NCBI GenBank assembly: GCA_050331735.1
Contig: JBHJGN010000018.1
Location: 1 to 64,000, forward strand
Source of the DNA: Cyanophyceae cyanobacterium
GTDB lineage: Bacteria; Cyanobacteriota; Cyanobacteriia; Cyanobacteriales; JBHJGN01
Reading direction: 5' to 3'
Length of the DNA: 64,000 nt
The position numbers and the translations under genes are program-made. This document shows positions 40,878-50,781 of the stretch, one piece after another; position 1 is the stretch's first letter; every line of letters starts with the position of its first letter. The notes beneath the pieces were generated by a model. That model worked only from the letters and a program-made list of their open reading frames with translations, did no database searches and was not told the origin of the DNA.

Positions 40878-43145
40878 TTAAGTTTGAGAGACCGAAATGG
40901 CGTTGGTTTTTGGATGACGGTCAAAAATAACTCTGGGTTTAAATAACACCTTGAGCAGCAGCCATAGAGACTGAAGTTCTCCAGGAATTTTCCGTCGCTG
41001 CCACTGTCCGGGACGACAGAATAGAAGCCGGATTAGCTGCCGCTGCTGGGGCAGTGTCAGGGGCTCAAACGCGACGCGGACGGTGGGAAACTGGCCCCGG
41101 AAGGCTGAGTCAACAATTTGTCCGTCGAGAGTGAGCTGTTCTTCTAGCAGCGTGATTTTTACCGGTAAGGTTTCTCCTGAACTCAGAGGCGGTAGACCAG
41201 CCTGAGTGAGCTCGATCTCTGCTCCCACTTCCGAAATTTGGGTCGTTACTCCCCAAAACTCTCTTGGGGATTCAGCTCTAAGGCGAATCTGTACGAGCCG
41301 CCGCAGAGCAAACCATTCATGGAGATCGGGTTTGGGTACGTCGATTAAGATGAGCAGGGCGGCGCCAAGAATGAGCAGATTATAGGTACTCCAGATCCAG
41401 CCAATGCTGATGCCCCTCATCTGAGCGGCGGGCATACCGTGCATTTCGGCAACGGCGCCGGCACACAGATTCATCCACAGGCTCACTGCCGTAAAGATGA
41501 ACAGCATCAGCAGGGGCCAAGCCAAGCCCCAGTTGAAGAAATAGCGATCGCTTTTGGTGCCTTTCGGCGTGACTTTAAATCCTTTCGAAAAAGGACGCAG
41601 CATCGCTTGGCTGACCGTGAGCGCTAAGGGAAACGTCAGCACTAAGCCGTAAACTCCTGATAGAATAGCCGAGCGAGAGCGCTCGTTGAGCCAGGAAAAG
41701 ACGAGCAGTTGCGTAAGGTAATAGGGCAGGAAAAAGTACAGCACTTCCGGCACCGTTGCCCGCAACGGGATAATGGCTAGAAAGGCATAGGCTAACGGCA
41801 TCAACAGAAAAGCGACGTTGGCAATGCTGGTAAACCAGTGCAGTAATCCTTCTAAATGAGCGAGTCGCTGAAGGAAGTTCAGCCCCGGAATCGTGAGGGG
41901 ATTAGACTGAATAAAGAAGGCCTGGAGCGTTCCTCTCGACCAGCGCAGACGCTGAGTGGCATGGGCTGCAATGTTCTCTGCGGCTAATCCGGCACTGAGC
42001 TTTTCATCTAAATAAACGAGGCGAAATCCTTGGGCCGACAGGCGAATTCCGGTAAAATAGTCTTCGCTCAAAGAATCGGTGACAAAGCCGCCAATGGTTT
42101 CTAGGGCACACCGTCTGACCACAAAGGACGTTCCTGAACAGACGACGCTTCCCGCTCCATCTTTGATGGGTTCTAGCTGTCGATAGAATACTTCTTCTTC
42201 GGGAGTGAGAACATCTTCTAAGCCGAGGTTACGAGCGATGGGGTCTGTATTGTAGAAGCTCTGCGGTGTTTGCACCAGAGCCACGTTCCGGTCTTGAAAA
42301 AAGCCCAAGGTGCGTTGGAGAAAGTTTTGCGTTGGCACAAAATCGGCATCGAAGACAGTAATAAACTCGCCCTGGGTGAGAGGAATGGCATGGTTTAAGT
42401 TGCCAGCTTTGGCATGGCGGTTATCGGGGCGCGTCAGATACTCACAGCCTAACTCTGCGGCTAGCTGAGCGATTTCCGGTCGTCGAGTATCGTCGAGTAA
42501 GTAAACCGTTTTTGGCTCGTATTCAATGGCCTGGGCTCCAATGACGGTGCGCCGCAGAATAAACGCCGGCTCATCGTAGGTGGGAATGAGAATATCCACT
42601 GTCGGATTGAAGCTGCCGTCGGCTACCTGTACCGCCACCTGCTCCGTCTCTCGACGGCGATCCTTAACGTTCAGCATCAAAAACAACTGCAATCCACTAC
42701 TAAACAGCACCAATAGCTCTAGAGCAAATAGGCCTAAGCTAAAAATGCCGTTGAGCGGATCGCTTAAATTGAGAGTCGATAAGGAGCGCCACAGCAGGTA
42801 GCGAATCAGTAAAATCAGCAGAATGACCACAATTAACGTCCGCGACCACAGACGAGGCTGTGGCGAAACCCTCATCACCCAGAGGGACAGCAGAAACAGC
42901 ACCACGGTCGGAGCAAGCAGAAATTCTGTCATTGCCGTGGGGACTTCTATCCACATGGGCGGATTCTCTTGAAGCCGATTAAGATAGGCAAACACTGTCT
43001 CTATTTCCCCGACCCCAGCAACCCAAAGCCCCACTATGAGTGCACAGCTAACGACAATCCCGAGTAAAACCAGGGTTGCCAGTCGAGGCTGAAAGGTTAG
43101 AGAGCGCGGGGATGAAGTTTTTGAGCTCAGATTAGTCGTTTCCAT
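40878..43145 (-). CDS. bcsA: Cellulose synthase-like GT2 with C-terminal PilZ-like domain
   Basis: IPTYDE, LDD, HAKAGNLN, FDADFVP, VQTPQ, LSED, QRLRW, FKVTPK. Confidence 0.85.
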   Translation of the reverse strand: METTNLSSKTSSPRSLTFQPRLATLVLLGIVVSCALIVGLWVAGVGEIETVFAYLNRLQENPPMWIEVPTAMTEFLLAPTVVLFLLSLWVMRVSPQPRLWSRTLIVVILLILLIRYLLWRSLSTLNLSDPLNGIFSLGLFALELLVLFSSGLQLFLMLNVKDRRRETEQVAVQVADGSFNPTVDILIPTYDEPAFILRRTVIGAQAIEYEPKTVYLLDDTRRPEIAQLAAELGCEYLTRPDNRHAKAGNLNHAIPLTQGEFITVFDADFVPTQNFLQRTLGFFQDRNVALVQTPQSFYNTDPIARNLGLEDVLTPEEEVFYRQLEPIKDGAGSVVCSGTSFVVRRCALETIGGFVTDSLSEDYFTGIRLSAQGFRLVYLDEKLSAGLAAENIAAHATQRLRWSRGTLQAFFIQSNPLTIPGLNFLQRLAHLEGLLHWFTSIANVAFLLMPLAYAFLAIIPLRATVPEVLYFFLPYYLTQLLVFSWLNERSRSAILSGVYGLVLTFPLALTVSQAMLRPFSKGFKVTPKGTKSDRYFFNWGLAWPLLMLFIFTAVSLWMNLCAGAVAEMHGMPAAQMRGISIGWIWSTYNLLILGAALLILIDVPKPDLHEWFALRRLVQIRLRAESPREFWGVTTQISEVGAEIELTQAGLPPLSSGETLPVKITLLEEQLTLDGQIVDSAFRGQFPTVRVAFEPLTLPQQRQLIRLLFCRPGQWQRRKIPGELQSLWLLLKVLFKPRVIFDRHPKTNAISVSQT

Positions 43146-43681
43146 AAATAGACTTTTCTACCTCAATCGATTTTTGCAGTGTAAAGGGAAAGAATTCCCC
43201 ATTCCTGCTTGGGGTGATTTAGTGATACTGAAGCTCAACTGGAGAAGCAACGCTGTCGCTCTTGTGAAGGACAAGCTATTTTCAAGCCCATCATAGATGA
43301 TAAAGGGACGCTAGTAGCCGAAGTAGTTGCTTGCAATACCAAAAACACGCACGAGCTACAGTGCAGAAGCGGCTGAAGTAACCGCCCTGTCAAGAGTGGC
43401 AAAGCTTTTATCGTTGCCGCTAACGCTATGCCTAGTGATAGCAAAGCAAACGGGCTCTTAAATGAGAATAAGATTAGAAGATGGGCAGAGTCAGTGGCAA
43501 TCGGGCCCGACTCTTTGAAAGCTTGATAGAGAGACAACTTTTTCTAGCATTGTTGCCATGCCACGCTTTGCTCGCGTTAGCAACTCGCGCGGTCACTAAG
43601 AGCTAATTTAAGATATTGTTAAAAGGCGATCGCCTCAGTTTCCTGCGCTTGAAACCGGACGATCACCAGCACGAGGCCTTT

Positions 43682-43939
43682 CTACACTGGCTTTCCCGCC
43701 GCCACCCAAGCGTCAGGAGTATAGGTTTTCAACGCAAGAGCATGAATAGTCTCGCTGGCTAACGCCTGTTGTAAAGCCCCATAAACAAGCTGATGCTGCT
43801 GGACTCTCGTTTTGCCCTCAAACTCAGCAGAGACGACGATGGCTTCAAGATGATCGCCTCCTTTAAGATCTCTAACGACGACTTGAGCATCGGGTAGCTG
43901 CTCGCTAATCATTGATTCAACCTGTTTCAGGCTGAGCAT
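43682..43939 (-). CDS. bolA: BolA family protein
   Basis: [34 protein letters not shown]. Confidence 0.92.
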   Translation of the reverse strand: MLSLKQVESMISEQLPDAQVVVRDLKGGDHLEAIVVSAEFEGKTRVQQHQLVYGALQQALASETIHALALKTYTPDAWVAAGKPV

Positions 43940-44002
43940 GGTTCCCCCTCAGTTACTAACGGTTCCTTATCTATTGTGACCCATCCCAGCCAGCAGCGCT
44001 GT

Positions 44003-44587
44003 CTAACTCCCTGATGTAGAGTAGGGAGAGTCAACAAACCCTAGTTCGTAGAGCTGTTGGTAAGATTTTTTACCCAGTTCACTCGTGGGGTTTTGGGAGC
44101 GAATGACCTGAATCAGTAACGGAACGGCTAATTCTGGCTGCTCTTGCGCTCGGTGCACTAAAGCGAGCTTGTAGGTTGCCTCATCGCGCATCTGGCCCGT
44201 TTGGGCAGCAGATTGCCTTTGCGCTTCATAAATTCGGTTTTCGATGCCCGAAAAACTGTTGGCAAGCTGGAGATGAAAATTGGTTAGCTGATTAAAAACT
44301 TGGCGAGCTTTCTGAAGTTTACTGGCTGCTAGCTGATACTCTTGGGAATTAATCGCGACTTCGGCTTCTGTCATGAGCCGTTCCCCGCCCTGTAAACTGA
44401 GTAGGCTGTCTGTCTGAGACGGGGCACGAAGATTATTCGGATCGCTGAGATCTTCTGTTGGCAGCTCCTCTGAAGGGGAAACTTCTGGAGGCTCTTCAAG
44501 GGACGGGACTTCTTGCGCCTGAAGCGACGGCATGACGGCCAAAGCCAACAGCGGCGGCAATAAAAAACGAAATGTTACGGGCAGCAT
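44003..44587 (-). CDS. Conserved cyanobacterial secreted helical (TPR-like) protein
   Basis: Signal peptide; RDEATYKLALVHRAQEQPELAVPLLIQVIRSQ..YQQLYELGF. Confidence 0.8.
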   Translation of the reverse strand: MLPVTFRFLLPPLLALAVMPSLQAQEVPSLEEPPEVSPSEELPTEDLSDPNNLRAPSQTDSLLSLQGGERLMTEAEVAINSQEYQLAASKLQKARQVFNQLTNFHLQLANSFSGIENRIYEAQRQSAAQTGQMRDEATYKLALVHRAQEQPELAVPLLIQVIRSQNPTSELGKKSYQQLYELGFVDSPYSTSGS

Positions 44588-44718
44588 AACATGACTCTTA
44601 TTTAAATAAGCAGGACAATCGAATTTGACTTCAGGTATCCTAGCACTTGTTCCCTCTTTTTTCGTGGTGAATCCGCCACTTTTTCCGCTCCTGCGCTGAT
44701 AGAGTCGGTTGGGCTACA

Positions 44719-44760
44719 CTCGAGGCAGCACCCGGAACTGATTCCAGGTGCTGCCTCGAG
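44719..44760. terminator. Strong hairpin between co-directional genes (terminator or stability element)
   Basis: Perfect 14-bp stem CTCGAGGCAGCACC / GGTGCTGCCTCGAG; no clear U-tract. Confidence 0.5.
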
Positions 44761-44810
44761 CAAGCAGAAGATGAACTCGTTCCTGCCAAATTTAGCAGTT
44801 GCAAGAGCCG

Positions 44811-45692
44811 TTAAAACTGGCTTCTTCTCAGTTCAGCAGCGCTCTGAGCCTTCCGCAGGCGCTTTAGCATTTTGCGCTGTTGTCTGTTCTGTTGCCGGGT
44901 CTGCTGTTCGAGTTTTTCTTGAACGTCTTTGTCAGCGCTGGTCAACTCAAAGTACTTGTCCAAGCCACTAGCTAAACTTTGGCTGGGAAGGGACGGAAGC
45001 TCGACGGTGATGGCTAAAGTCCCGAAGCTACCGATCATCGGTGTGATATCAGAAATCGTGTCAGAGTAGTTTCTCGTGGCAATTAACAGTTCATTTCGGG
45101 GATTTTCAGGCAGATTAGAGGCAAGCCGGGGATTCCCGAAGTCGCTGAGCTGAGTTGAAGAAAAGATATCTCTGCCTGTGCTTCTAGAGAGCCGAGAAGC
45201 TTGCGGTCTTCTCGCTTCAAATTCAGGCCTTCTGATGGTGATATAGTTTCTTCTGCGAGGACCGCTGGTGGGCTGAAAGTCATAAACGCCTCTGAAAATT
45301 TGCGAATATTCCACCTGCGGCAGGATAGGAACGTAAGCTTCGCCAGCAGAAACTGAACCGCTGATTTGTAGCTGACTGAGGGAATCAAGCAACCCATCGA
45401 AATAGGAAGTTGTTCCACTATCCTCCTGAAGCATTGCTAGACTCAACTGCTGGAGCTGATCGACCTCTGTTACAGGATCTACAATGTTTGAAATGATCGC
45501 TGCAAGTTCTGGATCGAGCTCGAGCAAAGCCGCGGGTTCCAGTGCCTCGTAGTCTTCCGGGTAAATTGAAAACTGCTCAGTTGACCAGAAATCTGCTTCG
45601 CCTTTCATCGCAGCTCCATAGGCCAGTGGGCTGAAGAGACAAGGCAGTAGTGCAATCGTGATTCTTAAAGCGGATTTGATCTGGTTAAGCAT
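44811..45692 (-). CDS. Hypothetical secreted protein with Q/R-rich coiled-coil tail
   Basis: Signal peptide ending AYG-A; acidic N-half; C-terminal QQTRQQNRQQRK. Confidence 0.7.
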   Translation of the reverse strand: MLNQIKSALRITIALLPCLFSPLAYGAAMKGEADFWSTEQFSIYPEDYEALEPAALLELDPELAAIISNIVDPVTEVDQLQQLSLAMLQEDSGTTSYFDGLLDSLSQLQISGSVSAGEAYVPILPQVEYSQIFRGVYDFQPTSGPRRRNYITIRRPEFEARRPQASRLSRSTGRDIFSSTQLSDFGNPRLASNLPENPRNELLIATRNYSDTISDITPMIGSFGTLAITVELPSLPSQSLASGLDKYFELTSADKDVQEKLEQQTRQQNRQQRKMLKRLRKAQSAAELRRSQF

Positions 45693-45960
45693 TACGAGTC
45701 TGAGCGGGTTCGGGTTGACGGTGGCGCTGAACGAGCAACATCTGTGCTGCTATTCTAGCCTCTGATACTCATCTCGTTAGCAAATTGCTCTGAAAAATCG
45801 GCAAACTTTGTCAAAACTTTAAAAACCTTATGATCGGGAAAGGGAAAAAGAGAATTCACGATTCCGTCTTGGCCCATTCCGTCGGGGTTGGCTTTCCTCT
45901 GTCAACTGTCCCTCAACGGCCACAATCAGCCGCAGGAAGAGGTAAGAAAGCTCACCTGAT

Positions 45961-47265
45961 TCATCTTGTCGTCGTGGTGTTCTGGCTCAGGGCTGCTTGA
46001 GGAAGCTGGTCGCTGACGGCTCGAGCAATGCGACGAGCGGCTCCCGGTTGACCTCTGGTAGCGAGGAGGCGATCGCGCATAGCTTGGAGCTGATGGGGAT
46101 TCTCCAAGAGCTCTAGAACCTGTCGGGCGATGTCCTGGGGCCGAAGCTCCCCCACCAGTTCCGGGACAATTTCGGAGTTGGCCCAAATATTCGGCCAGGC
46201 GAACAAGCGTCCTTGCTTCAGCACCATTCGATTAATCAGTTTTGCCCACGCAGACCCCAAACCTGGTAGACTCGCGAGCATCCCGGGGAGCCCGTCCCAA
46301 GAACGCATCGCGTCTAGCTGATACGTGGGCAGCAAAACCAGCATCGGGATGCCTAACGCTCCCAGTTCAGCCGTATTCGCGCCGACGGTCGTGATGCAAA
46401 GACAGCACTGCATCAACAGTCTAGTGGCGGGAAATTGAGTGGCGAGCTGGATGGAGACTCCATTCGCTAGCTGGAAATAGGCTGGTTGGTCAGGCTCCGT
46501 CGGCACGACCAGAGTAGCTTTGCTGCTTCCGATACGGGATACCACCGGGTTGTGCTGGGGGTCAGCAAATCGAGCCAGGGTGGGAAGATCGATAGTGGGG
46601 GCGACAGGAATGAAAAATTGAGCTTGAGGGCGACGAGCCTGAATCTGCTCGGCGATCGCCAAGCTGAGAGGAACTCCCTGAGCTAGTTTGGCGGCTTTCG
46701 AGCCCGGTAAAAGCCCAATCCGTTCTGCTGGCGGGGAGGAAGGTTGCTCAAAGCGGCCTGTTGATTCGGCGTTGGCCATCAGATCGCCAACGACCACCAT
46801 TTTCTGGCGATACCGAGGAGGAACTTTGGCAATGACCTGCGGAACGGTGACGCAAAATTGGTCGATCCACCTCACCCAACGAGCCTCCCATTCTGCATAG
46901 ACAACGGTCGCATAGCCCAAGCGGTGACCGATGACGAGGGTATAGAACTGGTCACCGCCGAGAAACACGACCCCCCCTTGCGGTCGCCAGTCCCACCCAG
47001 GAAGATCGATCTGCCCTGTCAACAGAAAGCGGAAAAAATGCCGGCTCTCCAGCACCCGGTCAACTTCTCGATAGTGGCGGGCGATCGCTGCCTCTTTCCC
47101 GGTGGCGTGGGGACAGGGAGAGAAAATGACGGAGATTCTTGTTTGGGAGCGGTCCTGGCCCAATTGCTCCCTGAGAGCCTGTACTACCGGACGCACCCAC
47201 GTAGTCACTTCCCCCGGACCATTAGAAAGGATTAAGATATCGACGGGCGGAACGTTATTTACCAT
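45961..47265 (-). CDS. Lipid-A-disaccharide synthase-like protein (LpxB-related GT-B)
   Basis: ILILSNGPGE..TWVRP, FLGGDQ, LLPGSK, TVGANTAELG, AWPN...IVPEL. Confidence 0.82.
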   Translation of the reverse strand: MVNNVPPVDILILSNGPGEVTTWVRPVVQALREQLGQDRSQTRISVIFSPCPHATGKEAAIARHYREVDRVLESRHFFRFLLTGQIDLPGWDWRPQGGVVFLGGDQFYTLVIGHRLGYATVVYAEWEARWVRWIDQFCVTVPQVIAKVPPRYRQKMVVVGDLMANAESTGRFEQPSSPPAERIGLLPGSKAAKLAQGVPLSLAIAEQIQARRPQAQFFIPVAPTIDLPTLARFADPQHNPVVSRIGSSKATLVVPTEPDQPAYFQLANGVSIQLATQFPATRLLMQCCLCITTVGANTAELGALGIPMLVLLPTYQLDAMRSWDGLPGMLASLPGLGSAWAKLINRMVLKQGRLFAWPNIWANSEIVPELVGELRPQDIARQVLELLENPHQLQAMRDRLLATRGQPGAARRIARAVSDQLPQAALSQNTTTTR

Positions 47266-47289
47266 TTTTGGGTTCCATCTCAATCTGTA

Positions 47290-47430
47290 GCGCCACAGGC
47301 GCGGGAAAAGGGAAAGCGCCTGTGGCGCAGGGGAAAGGGGAAAATGATTAAACTTGTTCCTTAGCCCGGTATTATTTCCCGTCCCGAGAGGGACAAGTTT
47401 CCCTTTCCCCCTTCCCCATCGCGAAGGCGA
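47290..47430. repeat. Modular heptamer/minihairpin repeat element (copy D)
   Basis: GCGCC-ACA-GGCGC and GCGCC-TGT-GGCGC within the GGGAAAA arm; core; TTTCCCC arm with GTCCC-GAGA-GGGAC. Confidence 0.8.
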
Positions 47431-49458
47431 TTAAAACGGCAGCGACACTCCAACGCCTATGGCGGTATCGTTTTGATCTCGAACTCTTAAGTTATGCCAG
47501 GTCGAAAAGCCGACTCGATTTGTCAGGTAGAGCTCAACCAGAGCGCTGTTGGTCATGGTTTCTGGATCAGCACCGAAAAATCGGCTAGGGTTCCAGCGGA
47601 CGGCCACGGTCCAGGGGATGGCGTTATCTCGGCGATCGCCGATGAAGGCATTGCCCTCATCGGCAAAGTTGATGCCGACTTCTCCAACGAAAGCGAACTG
47701 CTCGAAGACCGGAACAGAACCGCCGACGTTGAATCCAGCAATTTCAGCGCCGTTTTGCTGGAGATAGCCAATGGTCGGAGTAAACCAAAAGGCGAGTCCA
47801 CTGTTCAACTGATAATTCAACGGCAACGATAGGGTAACGACGTAGAGCCGAGATTCGTCTGTTTCATCTCCCTGAAGGAGGAACGGCACCTCATTATCGA
47901 GATCGCGGCGGTCGAACTCATCGCGGTCATTGTTGGCAAAGTTAACGATCGGTTGATTGACGATTCCGAGAGTAGCGGCTAGGCTAACCGTCAGCGGATC
48001 TCCTTCGGCCTGATTGAGTAACCGCACCTTGCCGCTTAATCCTTGCTCAGATTCATCAACATCGCTGCTGATGTAGTCTAGGTAGATGCCGGCCTCGAGA
48101 TCTTTGACAACCCCGTAGCGCAGCGAGGTCAGCACACCTTGGCTGCCTCCCTGGAGGGTGAGCAGGAATCTCCCGCTGGGGATCGTGCCTCCGTCAAGAT
48201 AGGCTAGGCCGTCGGTGGTGATGGGGGCGGTGTCTTCCTGGTTTTGGAGTTCAAAATCACTGCCGTAGCGACGATTAGCGCCAATAAAGTCGGGCATGAA
48301 AACGACGTTGGCTCCAATGGCCGTAAACTCTTGGTCGGCGGTGAGAGCTAGGGGGCCTTTGCTGCCGAGGGCGTTGGACGCGAAGACATCAAGGGCAACG
48401 CGAGGATTGACGCGGTAACGGAAGCCGGCATTGTAGGCGATCGCGCGTTCGACCTCGCCAGAATCGCGGTCGATGCTGTTGTTTCCAGTTATGGGAATAA
48501 ACGCATCGCCCCACAGCGCTAACCGCTGATTCAACTGATAGGAAACGGCTCCCGTTACGCCAAACGTCGTCCCAAACTCCCCATCGTCACCGGGAAGACG
48601 AGCGAGGAACAGAGCATTTTCCTCGGAGAAAAAGGCAATAGATGGTGCTACCGTAAGCTGAAGGCGCTCATTAATGGTCGCTGTATACGGAATCTGAATC
48701 CCCGGCACTAGCCCGGTATCTCTGACTTCATCTACTTCGCCATTACGGGAAAACGTCACTTCTCTCGTTCCGAAGGAAAGGGCAAAGACACCGCTCAAGG
48801 CCTGGTTTTCTGAAATCTGCCAGAGTTTATATTTCGCTTCTAAGGTGCCGTCGTTGTCGGCGGTACGAATGGCATTAAAATCTCCCTGACGACCAGGAGA
48901 ACCGCTGTCTACGTGCTGGAACTCTAAAGACAGATCGAGGTTGTCGGTCACCCCCCAGGTAAAGCCAGTTCCAAAGTTAATGGCCGTTTCCTCATCTTCT
49001 CCTCCTTCAGGAAACAACCGACTATAGCCATTGATGACCACTTCTCCCTGACGAAGGGTTTGGGCGGTTGGCTGCTGAAACTGCCCGGTTGCCAGAGGAC
49101 TTTCTGGAACCTCTTCGGCGTCAGCGGGAGCCGCTTCAGGAGACGTTAGCGGGGCAGGCACGTCATCAGCTTGGGCCTCAACCGGAGGAGCCAGAGTGGG
49201 GATGGGTTCGCTGGCGGGGACGACCACCGTTGGGGAAACCGGGGGAGGAGCAGACCACTGAAAAGTGCTCGACGGAGAGACATCAGCCGCATCGTTCCAC
49301 TGGGGGGGAGTGCGGGAGGCTCCGGGAGCGTCAGACCACTGGGGCGAAGCGGGCGCACCAGCGTCGAGGGGAACAAACCGAGGATTAGCCTGGGCCTGAC
49401 GACCGATCGCCGCGAAGGTCAGGATTGCCAGGGGACAAAGAATCAGAGTTTTACGCAT
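47431..49458 (-). CDS. Predicted outer-membrane protein with two tandem beta-barrel-like units
   Basis: Signal peptide (AQA), Pro-rich linker, amphipathic beta-strands, C-terminal Phe, internal duplication; start placed at ATG 49458. Confidence 0.8.
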   Translation of the reverse strand: MRKTLILCPLAILTFAAIGRQAQANPRFVPLDAGAPASPQWSDAPGASRTPPQWNDAADVSPSSTFQWSAPPPVSPTVVVPASEPIPTLAPPVEAQADDVPAPLTSPEAAPADAEEVPESPLATGQFQQPTAQTLRQGEVVINGYSRLFPEGGEDEETAINFGTGFTWGVTDNLDLSLEFQHVDSGSPGRQGDFNAIRTADNDGTLEAKYKLWQISENQALSGVFALSFGTREVTFSRNGEVDEVRDTGLVPGIQIPYTATINERLQLTVAPSIAFFSEENALFLARLPGDDGEFGTTFGVTGAVSYQLNQRLALWGDAFIPITGNNSIDRDSGEVERAIAYNAGFRYRVNPRVALDVFASNALGSKGPLALTADQEFTAIGANVVFMPDFIGANRRYGSDFELQNQEDTAPITTDGLAYLDGGTIPSGRFLLTLQGGSQGVLTSLRYGVVKDLEAGIYLDYISSDVDESEQGLSGKVRLLNQAEGDPLTVSLAATLGIVNQPIVNFANNDRDEFDRRDLDNEVPFLLQGDETDESRLYVVTLSLPLNYQLNSGLAFWFTPTIGYLQQNGAEIAGFNVGGSVPVFEQFAFVGEVGINFADEGNAFIGDRRDNAIPWTVAVRWNPSRFFGADPETMTNSALVELYLTNRVGFSTWHNLRVRDQNDTAIGVGVSLPF

Positions 49459-49619
49459 AGAATAGCAATCCTCTCTCAATCCGCTTGATTTTACACTGTA
49501 GCAGAGTAACTTGTTTGCCTATAGTAATCTAAAACAGGGGTAATTCTAGATACTGCTCCCTTGACAATCCCTTAGATTAGGTAAAAGCCTGGGGTGAACG
49601 GAACCAAACGGGATTTGAG

Positions 49620-50600
49620 ATGACGTTACGAGCATTTGTGACCGGAGGAACGGGTTTCATTGGTGCTAATTTGGTACGAAGGCTCTTGCGCCAGGGATAT
49701 GCGGTTCGTACCCTGGTTCGTTCTACCAGTCGTCTTGATAATCTTCAGTCTTTAGAGACAGATATCGTTACCGGAGACGTTAACGACCCAGAACTGTCTC
49801 GGCAAATCCGGGGATGCCAGGTGCTCTTTCACGTTGCCGCTCAGTATTCTCTCTGGCAAGCGGATCGCAAAGCTGTTTATATTAACAACGTTCAGGGAAC
49901 TCGTAACGTACTCGCGGCAGCTCGTCGGGCTGGCATCGAGCGCACTATTTATACCAGTTCCGTCGCAGCCATTGGCGTTAGCTCCGGTATAGCGGTTGAT
50001 GAAACGTATCAAAGTGCCCTCGCTGATTTGGTCGGTGATTACAAAAAGTCTAAATATTTGGCAGAGCAGGAGGCCAAAGCAGCCGTGGCTTTGGGTCAAG
50101 ATGTCGTGATTGTCAACCCGAGCACCCCCATCGGTCCTTGGGATCTTAAACCAACCCCGACAGGCGCTATTATTTTGCGCTTTCTGCGACGGGAGATGCC
50201 AGTGTATGTCAATACTGGGCTTAACCTGATTGACGTGCGTGACGTGGCTCAAGGCCATCTGCTGGCGCTAGAGCGGGGCCAAACGGGAGAACGCTATATT
50301 CTAGGCCACCAGAATTTAACCCTCAAAGCACTCCTCGACCAGCTCGCGCCCATGACTGGAATGACGGCGCCTCGATACTCGGTTCCCAGATGGATTCCGC
50401 TGAGTGTGGCCTGGATAGAGGAGCAAATCTTGGCTCCCTGGGGAAAACAGCCGACTGTGCCCGTAGACGGCGTACGCATGTCGCGGCAGGTGATGTACTA
50501 CGATGCGTCTAAAGCCGTCCGAGAGTTAGGTTTGCCTCAATCTCCGATTCCGGTTGCCCTTAAGGATGCTGTAGAGTGGTTTCGGCGCCACAGCCGATGA
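49620..50600 (+). CDS. hpnA: Hopanoid-associated sugar epimerase (NAD-dependent)
   Basis: TGGTGFIG, FHVAAQYSLW, YTSSVA, YKKSK, VNPSTPIGPWDLKPTPTG. Confidence 0.88.
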   Translation: MTLRAFVTGGTGFIGANLVRRLLRQGYAVRTLVRSTSRLDNLQSLETDIVTGDVNDPELSRQIRGCQVLFHVAAQYSLWQADRKAVYINNVQGTRNVLAAARRAGIERTIYTSSVAAIGVSSGIAVDETYQSALADLVGDYKKSKYLAEQEAKAAVALGQDVVIVNPSTPIGPWDLKPTPTGAIILRFLRREMPVYVNTGLNLIDVRDVAQGHLLALERGQTGERYILGHQNLTLKALLDQLAPMTGMTAPRYSVPRWIPLSVAWIEEQILAPWGKQPTVPVDGVRMSRQVMYYDASKAVRELGLPQSPIPVALKDAVEWFRRHSR

Positions 50601-50641
50601 TCGCCTCCGCCCTCTGAATTATTTCTCTAGCTCAGGGAGAC

Positions 50642-50683
50642 GTAGTATTAGTCACAATTTTCTCTATCTATTGTCTGTAGGAT
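50642..50683 (+). promoter_or_regulatory. Putative NtcA-activated (class II) promoter
   Basis: GTA-N8-CAC (50642-50655; consensus GTA-N8-TAC), exactly 22 nt, then -10 TAGGAT (50678-50683). Confidence 0.68.
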
Positions 50684-50781
50684 AACGGTATTTTCGACGT
50701 CGTTTGACGCTTGCCGCCGACTTGATTGCTAGAGATTGATGACAACGCCCACCAGCCGTAGCTTTCGCCCATCCCTTGTTT

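Noticed and set aside
43235..43537. 100-aa ORF upstream of the bcsA-like gene
   Set aside because: TTG start, no clear RBS or motif; cannot be supported.
50684..50781. Riboswitch in the leader of the C26 hydrolase gene
   Set aside because: Some pairing potential, but no glutamine- or guanidine-riboswitch consensus recognised; an Rfam search would be needed.
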